A program made the translations under genes and the position numbers. From assembly GCA_951406725.2 (NCBI GenBank), contig OX597817.1, forward strand, positions 13,888,001 to 13,952,000: DNA of 64,000 nucleotides, in the 5' to 3' direction. This document shows positions 28,697 to 41,990 of this stretch, one piece after another (the first letter of the stretch is position 1; every line of letters begins with the position of its first letter). The notes under the pieces were generated by a model. That model was given only the letters and a program-made list of their open reading frames with translations, had not been told where the DNA came from and ran no database searches. Source of the stretch: Octopus vulgaris. Its lineage: Eukaryota.

Positions 28697-28750
<54 letters not shown>
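28267..28750. repeat. Compound microsatellite with three (TA)n-(TATG)n-(GATG)n modules
   Basis: GATG tracts recur near 28440, 28548 and 28668. Confidence 0.9.
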
Positions 28751-28994
28751 CTCTTACTCTTTTACTCCTTTACTTGTTTCCGTCTTGTGACTGTGGCCAT
28801 GCTGGAGCACCGCCTTTAGTCGAGCAAATCGACTCCAGGACTTATTCTTTGTAAGCCTAATACTTATTCTATTGGTTACTTTTGCCGAAACGCTAAGTTA
28901 CGGGGACGTAAACACACCAGCATCGGTTGTGAAGCGATATTGGTGGGACAAACACAGACATACAAACACATACATACATACATACATACATACA

Positions 28995-29026
<32 letters not shown>

Positions 29027-29208
29027 CATACATACATACATATATATACATATATAAGACGGGCTTCTTTCTGTTTCCGTTTACCTAATCCACTCATAAG
29101 GCTTTAGTCGGCCCGAGGCTATAGTAGAAGACACTTGCCCAAGGTGCCACGCAGTGGGACTAAGTCCGGAACCATATGGTTCGTAAGCAAGCTACTTACC
29201 ACACAGCC
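28750..29208 (-). mobile_element. SINE family A
   Basis: Reverse complement of 26581-26983 with an internal (CATA)n. Confidence 0.85.
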
Positions 29209-29327
29209 AATATGTATATATATATATTTATTTTTTCATATTCACACGCACATGCATATATATACATGTATGTAAACAAACATACATACATATCTGTATT
29301 TATCTACCTCTATCTATCAATCAATCA

Positions 29328-29397
<70 letters not shown>

Positions 29398-29629
29398 TTC
29401 TATATATTCTAATGAATAAACTTTGGCAAGAAATGTCCAGAAATTTTGGGGTTGCATTTTGTCAAGTTATTCTTTATACCTCAATACTTGACTATTGCTT
29501 ATTTTCTTGAACCGGAAAGATCTTTGCCATCACCTTCAACGAAAAAAAGAAAGAAAAAACAAAGTAGACCTCGGTAGAATTTGAACACAGACAGCAACTA
29601 GTCAAAAGCGAAATCTCCAAAGCAACTAA

Positions 29630-29935
29630 CTGACACTCCGTCGGTTACAACGAACGAGTGTTCCTATTAATCGAATCAACGCGACTGCCTGCTCGTGAAA
29701 TTAACATGTGGGTGGCGTACCCTTAATGTAGTTCTCAGGGAGATTCAGCGTGACACAGAATGTGACAAGGCTGACCCTTTCAATTACAGGTACAACTTAT
29801 TTTTGCCAGTTGCGTAGACTGGAGCAACGAAAAATAAAGTGTTTTGCTCAAGGACACAATGCCTCACCTGGAATCGAATTCACGACATTACAATCGTGAG
29901 CCGAATCTTCTAACCACTAAGTCACACGCTATCAC
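29630..29935 (-). mobile_element. Old tRNA SINE carrying the type-a tail
   Basis: actccgtcggttacaacg...ctgcctgctcgtgaaattaac...gattcagcgtgacacagaatgtgacaaggctg...ggaatcgaattcacg; similar to 52788-53110. Confidence 0.65.
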
Positions 29936-30337
29936 ATTGTAGCAACAATAATACTGCCTAACCTAAGCGTAAGAGGTCGTAATTATGAGAATGTTCAGTC
30001 AATAAGATAGACTGCCGTGCTTGATAACTACTTCCTTAACCAAGCTGATAAGGCAATTTCTAACATTAGCACGAAGTCACACATTTGGTGAATAGTATAT
30101 CCGATTAAATTAATCCCGGTATTTGACCAATAAATATTCTATTAACCCCGGCGAGACTTTACTCAGAACGTTTAAGAAACGTAACTAAGTACCGCAATTT
30201 AATTTGCTTGGTGCCCTCCCGATACTATCATTGATCCAAAAATATAATGACTTCAAATATAGAAAAAGGATTAACGATTTGAGCGGCAGGCCTAGTGCAT
30301 TACACTAGTATATTACATGTAAGACACGGATGGCCTT

Positions 30338-30746
30338 AGGCGGTGAGCTGGCAGAAACGTTAGCACGCCGGGCGAAATACTTATCGGCATTTCGTCTGTC
30401 GTTACGTTCTGAGTTCAAATTCCGCCAAGGTCGACTTTGCCTTTCATCTTTTCGGGCTCGATTAAATAAGTACCAGTTACGCACTGGGGGCGATATAATC
30501 GACTTAATCCGGTTGTCTGTCCTTGTTTGTCCCCTCTGTGTTTAGCCCCTTGTGGGTAGTAAAGAAATAGGTATTTCGTCGGCCGCTACGTTCTGAGTTC
30601 AAATTCCGCCGAGGTCGACAGCGCCTTTCATTCTTTCGGGGTCAATTAAATAAGTACCAGTTACGCACTTGGGTCGATATAATCGACTTAATCCGTTTGT
30701 CCTTGTTTTCCTCTCTGTGTGTAGCCCCTTGTGGGCAATAAAGAAA
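30338..30746 (+). mobile_element. SINE family B dimer with 17-bp TSD
   Basis: Junction aagaaatag|gtatttcgtc; taagacacg(g/t)atggcct at 30320-30336 and 30747-30763. Confidence 0.85.
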
Positions 30747-31419
30747 TAAGACACGTATGGCCTAGTAGTTAAAGTGTTGTATTCACGACTGCGCGAACAT
30801 GGTTTCGATTCCCATACCAAGTAGCGCGTTGTGTTCTTAAACAAAGCAATTCATCTCAACAATCTTTTAGGAAAATTCTATGCCATCGATTCCAATACTT
30901 GACCAGTGCTGCATTTTATCGATCCCGAAAGGCTATTAAGCAAGGTCAACCCTGGTGAGATTTGAAAGCAGAACACAAAGTGTAGGAAGCATTTGTTCGA
31001 CTCACAATGATTTTAGCAATCCATCATTATAATCATGATGTTGATGATGATGCTGATAAAAAAAGAATGGTAATTAAAGTGATTAAGGCTACGATGATTA
31101 TTACCATAGAATCTTCTAATATAGAAAAAAAAAAAAAATTAGCAACAACATCAGCAATAATCCATTTCTGCACAAGATCTTAAATTTTGGGGAAGGAAAC
31201 CAGTCGATTACATCAACTGCAGTGCTCCAGAAGTACTTTATTTTATCGACCCGGAAATGGTGAAAGGGCAAAGTCAACCTCAATGGAATTTGAACTCAGG
31301 AAGTAAAACCGGAAGGAATATCACGAAACACTTTGTCTAGTCTGCTTAACAATTCTGCCATCTCGTTGGTATTAATTCTGCAACTGTAATACTATAAAAG
31401 ATTATGATTGGTTTCTTAT

Positions 31420-32502
31420 ATTAATAACAACGACTACGACGACGACGATAGCAGTAACAACAACAATAACAACAACAAGAGCAATAACAATTTGTTTTTA
31501 TTTGGTACAAAGGCCTTGTTTTGAACGGAGAGATTGGTAAAGCGGATTGAATCGATTAAAGTTCTGAACTGGTTTCAGCAAAAAAAAAGAATAAAGACAG
31601 CAGCAACAACAACAACAACAACAACAACAATGATAGAAGGAGAAGAAGAAGAAGAAGAAGAAGAAGAAGAAGAAGAAGAAGAAGAAGAAGAACCGTGAGC
31701 AGCAATAATAGCAATGAATATGTTTAAAAGTAGTAGTAGTAGTAGTAGTAGGAGGAGGAGGAGGAGGAGGAGGGGAGGTGGTGAAGAAGGTGGAGAAACA
31801 TGATGAGGATCGTGACTGATGAGGCTAATGATGATCACGATGTTTAGGAGGAACGGCTATGGAAGAGGTGGGGGGGGAGCGAGAGATCAGAATGGGGTCG
31901 CGGTTCCTGCTGCTGCTGCTGCTGCTGAGAGATGATGATGATGATGATGACGATGGCGATGGCGATGGCAGTGCTGGTAGTGGTAGTGGTGGCGGTTTTG
32001 CTTGTGGCAGCGGTGGCAGCGGTGGTGGTGGTACTGGTGGTGATGCGACACTATTGTATAGAGATCGGTGACATGTCTGCATTGGTGACATTTTCTTCTA
32101 GTGTTCCATTGGAAACATCACCACCACCAACAACAACAAAAAAAAAACAACAAAAAACAAACAACAACAACAACAACAACTAAAAAAAAGAAGAAATAAT
32201 AATAAATAATAATAATAATAATAAAAGAAACGCAAGACCATTTCTTTTGTGCTTTCAAGACTGACTGATCGATGGATGTGTCTCATTTGGTTGTTCATGT
32301 TTTTTTTATATTCCTTTTATTTTGATTTGTTTTTCTAAAACTTGGTCTATTTTCATATCTTCTTTCTTTATTCTCGCTCTCTTTTCTTTTCTTTTCTTTT
32401 CTTTTCTTTCTCAATGAATATTATCATCATGATAATTATCGTTATTATCGTTTCTCCATTGCACACAGTATGTGTATGGATTTAACATACTGGTTGCTAT
32501 CG

Positions 32503-32534
<32 letters not shown>

Positions 32535-32813
32535 GCTTTTTATCACAACTGTGACCATCATCACCATCACCTGCATCAACACCTTTTTCATCATCATCAT
32601 CATCATCATCATCGTCATCGTTGTCGCCGTCATCGTCATCATCATCATCACCGTCGTCGTCGCCGTCATCATCATCATCATCATTATCAGCTTCATCATT
32701 ATTATCGTCATCATCGTCATCATCATCATCATCATCATCATCATCTTCATCATCATCATAATCATCCTCATCATCATCTTCATCATCATCATCATCATCA
32801 TCTTCATCATCGC

Positions 32814-32844
<31 letters not shown>

Positions 32845-33623
32845 TTCATCATCACAATCATCATCATCTTCATCATCATCATAATCATCCTCATCATCAT
32901 TATCACCACCATCGTCATTGTCGCCGTCGTCGTCGTCATCATCATCATCATCATCATTATCGTAGTCGTCGTCGTCGTCGTGGTGATCGCTGTCATTAAT
33001 TTTATCAGTACTGTTATCATCAGCATTATTATCAATAATATTTCAAAATCATTTTTTATTTTAACGCTTAACAGATGAGTAATTGTAGAAATACACATCT
33101 GTCGTTCCACGAGAAATAAAATAAAATAAAATAAAATAAAAATAAAATAAAATAAAATAAAAATAAAAATAAAAATAAATCTCCTCTCCGCTCCCCACAC
33201 ACCTCCTCCCGCCATCATACAAAAAAAATATAAGTAAATAAATAAATAAAAGGCTTTTAATGAGATTTCATTTGCGCATTGAAACCATCCCCTCCAAATA
33301 TTATCTAATTGTTGCTGTGACATGACACCCCAACAACCAGCTTCATCATTAACCTCATTTTTCTTCTCTCTTTCATTTTCTTTCTTTCTTTCCTTCTTTC
33401 TTTCTTTCTTTTATATTCCCTTTCGTCTCTTTATTTTCTTTCTTTCTTTCCTTCATTCACCTCATTTAGAAATCTGTCATTTCATAGATATGGATCTTAT
33501 AGATTCGGCTGAATGGAATTCGCTGGTAACTTCCTTCATAACACGTTCTTTTTTTTTTTTTTTTTTTTCATTTTGTGCCGTTTTTTTTTTTTTGCTGTTA
33601 TTATCTTTGTTTCTTTTTTTTCT

Positions 33624-33654
<31 letters not shown>

Positions 33655-33719
33655 GTCTGCTATTGTTATAGTTTTAGTAACTTTTACATTTGTCTAAAAC
33701 CATAACCTGCCACAAGTAT

Positions 33720-33786
<67 letters not shown>

Positions 33787-33830
33787 GCTGCTGCTGCTGT
33801 TGTTGTTGTTGTTGTTGTTGTTGTTAAGCA
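31420..33830. repeat. Cluster of trinucleotide and pentanucleotide microsatellites (AAC, GAA, GTA, GAT, ~450 bp of CAT/CGT, AAAAT, GCT, GTT)
   Basis: Direct reading; explains the poly-H/M/I/S ORFs. Confidence 0.9.
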
Positions 33831-34802
33831 ACAAGACGGGTAAGGGTGATTAGGTGATGGTCTAGGGCTTAGGGGCGGGAGACCCCAGATTTTGGAAAAA
33901 GAAAAAAAAACTTTGGTCGTCTTGTTGTAGTCGAGGGCTCTTCGTTGACGCCCGACACCACAGGGAGGTGGCCCTCGAAGTCGCTGGAAATGGAAATCTC
34001 CAGGTCTAAATTCTTGAACGACTGCTGCTGCTACTTCTGTGGTCACGACTATTACTACAGCAACTACTTACAGTTGCGGCCATTGGGGATAAACTGTAAC
34101 CTCGTCTACTTATTGGTAGAAGTACTTCGTATGCTGTCGCAATCGTTGGTTAAGATAGTCGACACTTTTCATTTACAATGTCTCATATTTGAAAAAAGAC
34201 TGGCAGATATTAACAACTACTGTACCTGACCTTCAACGACGTGAATGGACAATCGATCTTATAACGAAGATTACGCAGCGATATGTATATATGCGACTGA
34301 TAAAGTAACGTCCTTTGTATCACTTTCCTAGATAAGAGAGTCAAATCTCACATCTTCTCTAAAAATAACCTGGACTAATGAACTGACTAGCCTGTTAGTT
34401 CAAATACATGTTCTGTAGATATGAAATAGAAGATGTAAAACAGAAAGGAGAAAAGATGGAGTAAGATGTATTTTCATTAGCAATTTTGTTCAACAGGCAG
34501 CTATCACGTGACAACGAATCTGCATAAAATAGTAAGCAAAACGTAAGCAAATCACTACCTTCTGTCGTAGATAAAGCCAAAGTCTTTATACACCAAACGA
34601 CGAAATTGTTATGATTGGATTTCCATTCAGCATCATTTACCTCGGCAACGACTAACCTGGAAATACACAATAACAAAGTTAAGTTGGAGGGGGGGGGAAA
34701 TGAAGGCTTCTGAGTCGGTGCATGGTTTACAAGACATAGGAATCAAACATTCCTATCATTATAAATTCCAACGTAACTTGTTTCAAATTGGTAAAAATAT
34801 TC

Positions 34803-34836
<34 letters not shown>

Positions 34837-35034
34837 CGATCCTGCAATCTTCAACGCAGATTTGTCCAATACTTTTGGTTGACCGCACCATGAATATAAA
34901 CAAATATCAGATATATTTGTGAAGGCAAAGCATGGAACATATATAATGTGAACTTTAACACTTGCGATAATCTACTGACAAACATCCTCATTAAAAGCTA
35001 TCAGACCAACCAATGACGTAAAATTATATAATAA

Positions 35035-35431
35035 CTAGCACTATCGCCCGGCGTTGCTCGGGCTTGTTTCGACCCTTTAGAATTGGAATTTTTGAAAAGT
35101 AAAAATTTTGCATTATGTAGCTTGTTATTCTCTTTTAGAGAAAATTTTTCTGGTTGAAATACACCGAAAAATGGAGACACAGCAGTCAAAAAATCGTAAA
35201 AATAGGGATTTTCATAGAAAAAAAAAGCACCTTTTTGATGTAAATAATTTTTGGTGTTAACATGGTCCGATTTGAATTTTATCTTCTACGGAAGGAAGAG
35301 CAAGCTTTTTTCTATCATACTCTCAATTTTGGTCAACTTGCGCCGCAGGGTCTCGGATGTGATAGTGTTAGTTGAAGGCTACCAAACCTGCCATACACAG
35401 ACAACTTCAGCTTTATATATATATATATAGA
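35035..35431 (-). mobile_element. Non-autonomous Helitron with a different interior
   Basis: Terminus ctagcactatcgcccggcgttgctcggg; other end cagacaacttcagctttatatatatag; interior not alignable by eye to the other two copies. Confidence 0.7.
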
Positions 35432-36274
35432 ACAGGCAAAAAAAGTATTCTTAAGTTCTTAAAGGCCTAATTGTGTGGAAATCATCACTAAAATATCTTT
35501 TGCACTATCGAGTATCTCACCCTAAATTTTTCGAACAGCCCCATAACCCAACCCATCAACTCAACTAAAACTGAGTTAGGAAGCTCAACAAAAGTATAGC
35601 GGAGAAAATGAACAACAGCATCCTGCAAAAGTATAGATTAGCTTTTGCAAATAACAAACAAGAGAATACACATTCACGCACTATTATACAACTAACTACC
35701 ATTGTCCAACTATCACTAAGCATCTACTACTAAAGGTCGCACAATTAATATGCTTTGCGAAACTCCATAGTTTTATGACAGAAAATAACATACAAATTAT
35801 AACGAACGCTTGGAAATAATGTTTCTTTTTTAATGACAGACTATAGATGAAAATATAACAGAAAACTGATCCTTTTGATGTAAGGATGCCAAGAATTCAG
35901 CGGAAATTTGAAATGTGATTGTTACACATTTAAAGCTTTATGCATACGACTTTAATGGAGAAATTTATGGTGATTATAGCTTAACTTCCTAAGCTGTAGT
36001 TGGGTAACAAGCAGATCTGTTTCGAAGGAACTACCCAAAATGTAGAACAACCTGGGGCTATGATTAACGATAAGTAGTAGCCTAAAAAATAATCAAGTTC
36101 TTAGATGTAGAAGTCGACCTTATCGATGAAAAACTCTAGTTACATGTATAGTTGCAATCACATTAAACATTAACTTAAAAGCTGTTTAAGAACAGATTCT
36201 ACCAATAATTCTAAGGACTTATTCTGCCAATATAATTGCACATTTAGGAGATTAGACTTAAAATTAGCAATATA

Positions 36275-36460
36275 TTTGCTCGCCACAAAACCTTTTTCTA
36301 TTTTCTCTCCCTGTTTATTTCTGTGTTCCTTTCTGTCGAAGAGCGTAGGCTCGAAACGTAAAAGACTTTCTCACTTTCCAAGTGTTAAACTAATACATCT
36401 GTTTGTTTTTTACACACCCGTCTTCGTCTTTTGTTTTTTGTAAATTCCCACTATATACAT
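36275..36460 (+). mobile_element. PLE pseudo-LTR-like repeat with variant hammerhead (36329-36364)
   Basis: CTTT-CTGTCGA-A-GAGC gtag GCTC-GAAA-CGT-A-AAAG. Confidence 0.55.
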
Positions 36461-36736
36461 ATACAGGATGCGATGGGTAAATTGTCGCCATTTTATATCG
36501 TTAATTTCGCGCATGCGCATTGTTTTTTTTTATTTTGTCGACTACACAGTATAGTAGGGTCAGTCGCGGTTATCAGTGCTGCTGCTACTCCGCTGAACAC
36601 TCAGCAGACATAAGAACTATATCTATGTGATAAATTAAGCCTGTGGGCGCACTCAGCAACACCACATGAGAGAAATCTACATGAAAGAATTGACGTGGTA
36701 AGGGGGTGAATTGGCAAGGAAGCACTTGAAAACAAC

Positions 36737-37150
36737 AATGTCATGCGATATTTCGGTATGGAATCAATAACCGTGGCTCAGCCATGAACTTTTTCGCATA
36801 AACAGCGTGCGACCATTGTGAGGACAACTTTGCTGTCAAACGAAAACAATTCTGCCGGCAGTATCGCGGTACGCAAGGTCACATTAAGAACACGGTCTTT
36901 AACACACGTGGCTGGGTCACGTGACGTTGGGTTTCTGACGTGGCTGGGAGTCAATAGTTATGACTCAACCATGCACTCCTTCGCATAAACAGCGTGCGAT
37001 CATTGTGAGGACAACTCAGTTCCCAAACGAAAATAATTCTGCATGCAGTGTCCGGGCACGCAGGGTAACATTAATGCCACGTGGTTGGGTCTTAGACACC
37101 ATAAATTAGTAGGTTAATGTATATGCGATATTTCGCTTTGTAATCAATAG
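36737..37150. repeat. Diverged ~187-190-bp tandem duplication (about 2.2 copies)
   Basis: ttcgcataaacagcgtgcgaYcattgtgaggacaact at 36793 and 36980; atgcgatatttcg...aatcaata near 36743 and 37123. Confidence 0.8.
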
Positions 37151-37209
37151 CTGAAGAATGTTTGTATGGGCTTCGTCCATGCTTAGAATGAAGACACTGA
37201 TACTGAAGC

Positions 37210-37654
37210 TTCAAGAAAATAGTTAAATAGTTAAAGTTGCCCACTTTAATTTAAAGGATCACAAACCCAACTTCCACTCAAAACCATCAATTAGACTTAT
37301 ATATCCAACAAAGGCCGATTTGAGTAAAATTAGCAAATGCATAATGGATTAGTTAAAATTAGTGTTAAACGCATTTAATGGCATTCAACTGGGGATATAA
37401 TAACATGGTACCATTCCTTCCCAGATAAGCAAAACGCTCGCGTTATACAATTTGATATTTCGAATTATTATGCCTCTATTTTCCCTATCTTATTAAGCAA
37501 GGCATTAATATTTGCCCATAATTTCGTTAATATCCCTCGATCCGATATTAACATTATCTTGGAAGCGAGAAAAACCTTTATTAATTTTAATGAGTGTAAT
37601 TGGATTAGAAGTGACTCTATGAACTACATCGACATTACTATGGTTATCATTATT

Positions 37655-37732
<78 letters not shown>

Positions 37733-38650
37733 GTTCAGGTCAGACTTGGCCCAGGTGACCTTGTAGGTCTATATCTCCTTTTTCAAATCAAGAAAAGCTT
37801 TCCAAATGTCTCTGGTGGCCTTTATAGGGATGACGCTCTCTTGGCAGTAAATGGCTTATCTAAACTGGAGGTCGAACGCATTAAGAAGTCTTTAAAAAAA
37901 TTCGCTTTGAACTTCTTTAATCTTAATATTGTATTTGATACTGACACAAGAATTTCAAATTTTTTAGACGTCACAAAATTTAAACACCTAATTACCACAA
38001 ACCAAATCAAATACTACAATATATAAACGTTTCTTCTAATCATTACTCTTACTCTTTTACTTGTTTCAGTCATTTGACTGCGGCCATGCTGGAGCACCGC
38101 CTTTAATCGAGCAACTCGACCCCGGGACTTATTCTTTTGTAACCCCAGTACTTATTCTATCGGTCGCTTTTGCCGAACCGCTAAGTAACGGTGACATAAA
38201 CACACCAGCACCGGTTGTCAAGCAATGTTAGGGGGACAAACACAAACACACACGCACACACATATATATATATATATGTATATACATATATACGACGGGC
38301 TTCTTTCAGTTTCCGTCTACCAAATCCACTCACAAGGCATTGGTCGGCCCGAGGCTACAGTAGAAGACACTTGCCCAAGGTGCCACGAAGTGGGACTGAA
38401 CCCAGAACCATGTGGTTGGTAAACAAGCTACTCACCACACAGCCACTCCTGCGCCTATTTCTAAATTAACCCTCGATAGTATCATTACGGCCATCTCTAT
38501 TAGAATCTCCAAACTATCGGCAAACGAGGTGATCTTTAATGCACATGTCTCATTTTATAATCAAGCCCTAAAATCAAGCGACTTTCATGATCATATTTTC
38601 TACATCCCTGAGACCAAATTCAACACCAAATTAGCTAATCTCTCATCTGA
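37210..38650 (+). pseudogene. Penelope-like element reverse transcriptase remnant
   Basis: Broken frames read LKDHKPNFHSKPSIRLIYPTKADLSKISK, QFDISNYYASI...LLSKALIFA, ARKTFI...DITM, DLVGLYLL...GLYRDDAL, NFLDVT, YINVSSNH and ISIRISKLSANEVIF...YNQALKSS. Interrupted by (ATT)n and a SINE A. Confidence 0.8.
38044..38455 (-). mobile_element. SINE family A inserted in the PLE RT remnant
   Basis: Full reverse-complement family A copy between the ...SSNH and SKLTL... codons. Confidence 0.9.
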
Positions 38651-39019
38651 CATCAATCTTGAATTTATAAAAATGACTTCTTCCTTGAATTATAAATGTA
38701 TAAAAAAAGCCTTTTGTTAACCATACTAAACTTGATAATGTTCTTTCTGATAATCATAACAAATATAAGCCTTCTACATCTGAACACTCTAAATCTAGAA
38801 AAAGAGAAATTATTTTTGATATTCCTATATTTTTCTATTTTTGATATATTAATATATGTTTTAATTCTGTGCAGTTCTTATCTTAATTAAGTCCGTACAC
38901 ATGTGTTCATTGTAATTTGCCTAACTTGAACTTTTTCCAATTCATTTATTATACCTGTCTAACGTCTCAGGTTCGACTTGAGCACTTCTATACGGTCTGT
39001 GTGTTTCGTAAGAAAATAC

Positions 39020-39031
39020 AACTGTGTTTGT

Positions 39032-39088
<57 letters not shown>

Positions 39089-39098
39089 TGTGTGTGTG

Positions 39099-39137
<39 letters not shown>

Positions 39138-39231
39138 GTAGGTAGGAAGGTAGATAGACTGATAGATAGATAAATATATAGATAGGCAGACATACAGACA
39201 GATAGCTAGCTAGCTAGCTAGCTAGCTAGCT

Positions 39232-39322
<91 letters not shown>

Positions 39323-39325
39323 GAT
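39020..39325. repeat. (TG)n, (GATA)n and (GCTA)n microsatellites
   Basis: Direct reading. Confidence 0.9.
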
Positions 39326-39475
39326 GATTTTTAACCCTGGAACTCGAAGATAAAGTCATAAATAATAACATGCTGAATTAGATGAAAAAATTTGAAGGCT
39401 GCGTTAAAAACGATTTATTTCCTATATCTCGAAACGTTTTGAACTCTTATTACGTAAATAATATATACATGCGTG

Positions 39476-39511
<36 letters not shown>

Positions 39512-40460
39512 AGGGAGTGTGTCAATTCTGCTGTGTTAAACTTTGGGGTTGCATACCAGCTAAATGTTATCTGATGATTGCACTCCGATTTACATATCCT
39601 GCCTTTTATTTTACGAACAATGTCTCCTTTTGTCCACTTACAAGTTGTACATCTCAACCGTTGGCCGACCTTGCTCATATACCATGATCCAATATCCTAG
39701 AGCATTAATTTTAAACAAATGCTGAGAGCGAACTTAACAATTTACCAGTATTGTTCATAATTACGCATGGTCCGATCGCGTGACATCGTGGGTAGCCTGT
39801 CAATCTTGCCTGTGATAAGCATTAGCACCCACATCGATGCATACTCACTGATGAGCATGTTGGGCTGTTGGGCCGATGGCCTGTTGTTTTTTTAGACGCA
39901 TGCCTATTGTATGGATATTGAGTATGGTATGTTGAAAAGTGAGGGCGCCACTATAGAGTGGTTATATGCTTGGCTTTGACAAATGCAGCTTTTCTTCCTA
40001 ACTTTACCGAAGTTAGCTTTTAAGGAAAGAGTGGCACAGACTTTTGCATAATGTGTATTTGGCTTAACACGTTGGCTTTTTTTGCATTCCTTAGCTCCCC
40101 GTGCACCAGTTGTTGATGTTGTTATTGTCGCTTAGTCTCTGGGGAACATGACTGAATATATCTATAATCAAGGGCGTTCCAACTATGACAGTACCGTCAA
40201 TGTATTCTGGTTTTGATTAGATCGTTAGACTGATTTTGTAGAAAATTTACTGTTTAGATATATACCTATGTATGTATGTATGTATGTATGTATGTATGTA
40301 TGTATGTATGTATGTATGTATGTATGTATGTATGGATTTATGCATGTATGTATATATGTATTATGTATGTATGTATGTATCTATCTATATATATATATAT
40401 ATACACAATCACACACACATGAGTGTGCGCGCACGTGCGTGTGTATATATACATACATAT

Positions 40461-40513
<53 letters not shown>

Positions 40514-41151
40514 TTTATATTTATATTTATATTTATATAAAATGACACATATACATACAAGCATACGTACATAAATGCAAACATACATACATACATACAT
40601 ACATACATACATACATACATACATACATACATACATACATACATACATGCATACATACAAAACTTAAATTAGGCTTTTCGAAAGGAGAAAGCTAATTCAA
40701 AGACTACAGATCCAATCCATCACTGGAACTGTAAACATTTGTAAAACTTTCCAGAAGTTTAGCATTTGAATATATACGAACATGTCTAGATATGCAAGTA
40801 TATGCATGAGAATACATACAAAAAACAAAAAATACAAATCTGCACACACACATACATACATACATACATACATACATACATACATACATACATACATACA
40901 TACATACATACATACATACATGCATACATACATACATACATACATACATACATACATACATACATACATACAAACATACATACATACATACATACATACA
41001 TACATACATACATACATACATACATACATACATACCCTTTTGTTGATGTTGAAATTCCAATGAAGGAGCTTTGGATCTAGGTTAGAAACCGGTTCTTTCT
41101 CTATTGGCAAGAAATCTTGAAATAAAACTGAACAATGACATACATACATAT

Positions 41152-41369
41152 CTCTTTTACTCTTTTACTCTTTTACTTGTTTCAGTCATTTGACTGCGGC
41201 CATGCTGGAGCACCACCTTTAGTCGAACAAATCGAGATCGGGACTTATTCTTTTGTAAGCCCAGTACTTATTCTATTGGTCTCTTTTGCCGATCCGCTAA
41301 GTAACGGGGACATAAACACACCAGCATCGGTTGTCAAGCAATGCTAGGGGGACAAACACAGATACACAA

Positions 41370-41460
<91 letters not shown>

Positions 41461-41596
41461 GACGGGCTTCTTTCAGTTTCCGTCTACCAAATCCACTTTA
41501 GTAGAAGACACATGCCCAAGGTGTCACGCAGTGGGACTGAACCCGGAACCATGTGGTTGGTAAACAAGCTACTTACCACACAGCCACTCCTGCGCC
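41152..41596 (-). mobile_element. SINE family A
   Basis: Full reverse-complement copy with internal (CA)n(TA)n and a short internal deletion. Confidence 0.9.
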
Positions 41597-41752
41597 TATA
41601 TGTACATGTATATATAAGTATACGCCTATATGTCCATGTATATATAAGTATACATGTACATATATTCTATCACATTAACAGGATTCTGAATATTATTCTC
41701 GTGTTAATGTGTCGCCATCTTAGCTCTGTTTTATCGAACATAAAGTTTCTGT

Positions 41753-41917
41753 TCAATATTTAAGAGATGAGGAATTACGTACATTATTCGACGGATATTT
41801 GTCCTCATCTTAACCACTACGCCATATGCCCACGGGCATATGGTGTAGTGGTTAAGAGCGCGCGCTACCAACCCCAAGATTCCGCGTTCGATTCCAAGCA
41901 GTGACCTAAACAATAAC

Positions 41918-41990
<73 letters not shown>

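Noticed and set aside
32445-33323. Poly-Met/His/Ile ORFs
   Set aside because: The (CAT)n tract is open in several frames, which is an artefact.
38215-38469. Recurrent peptide [27 protein letters not shown] in many ORFs
   Set aside because: It is the antisense translation of the SINE A head, not a gene family.
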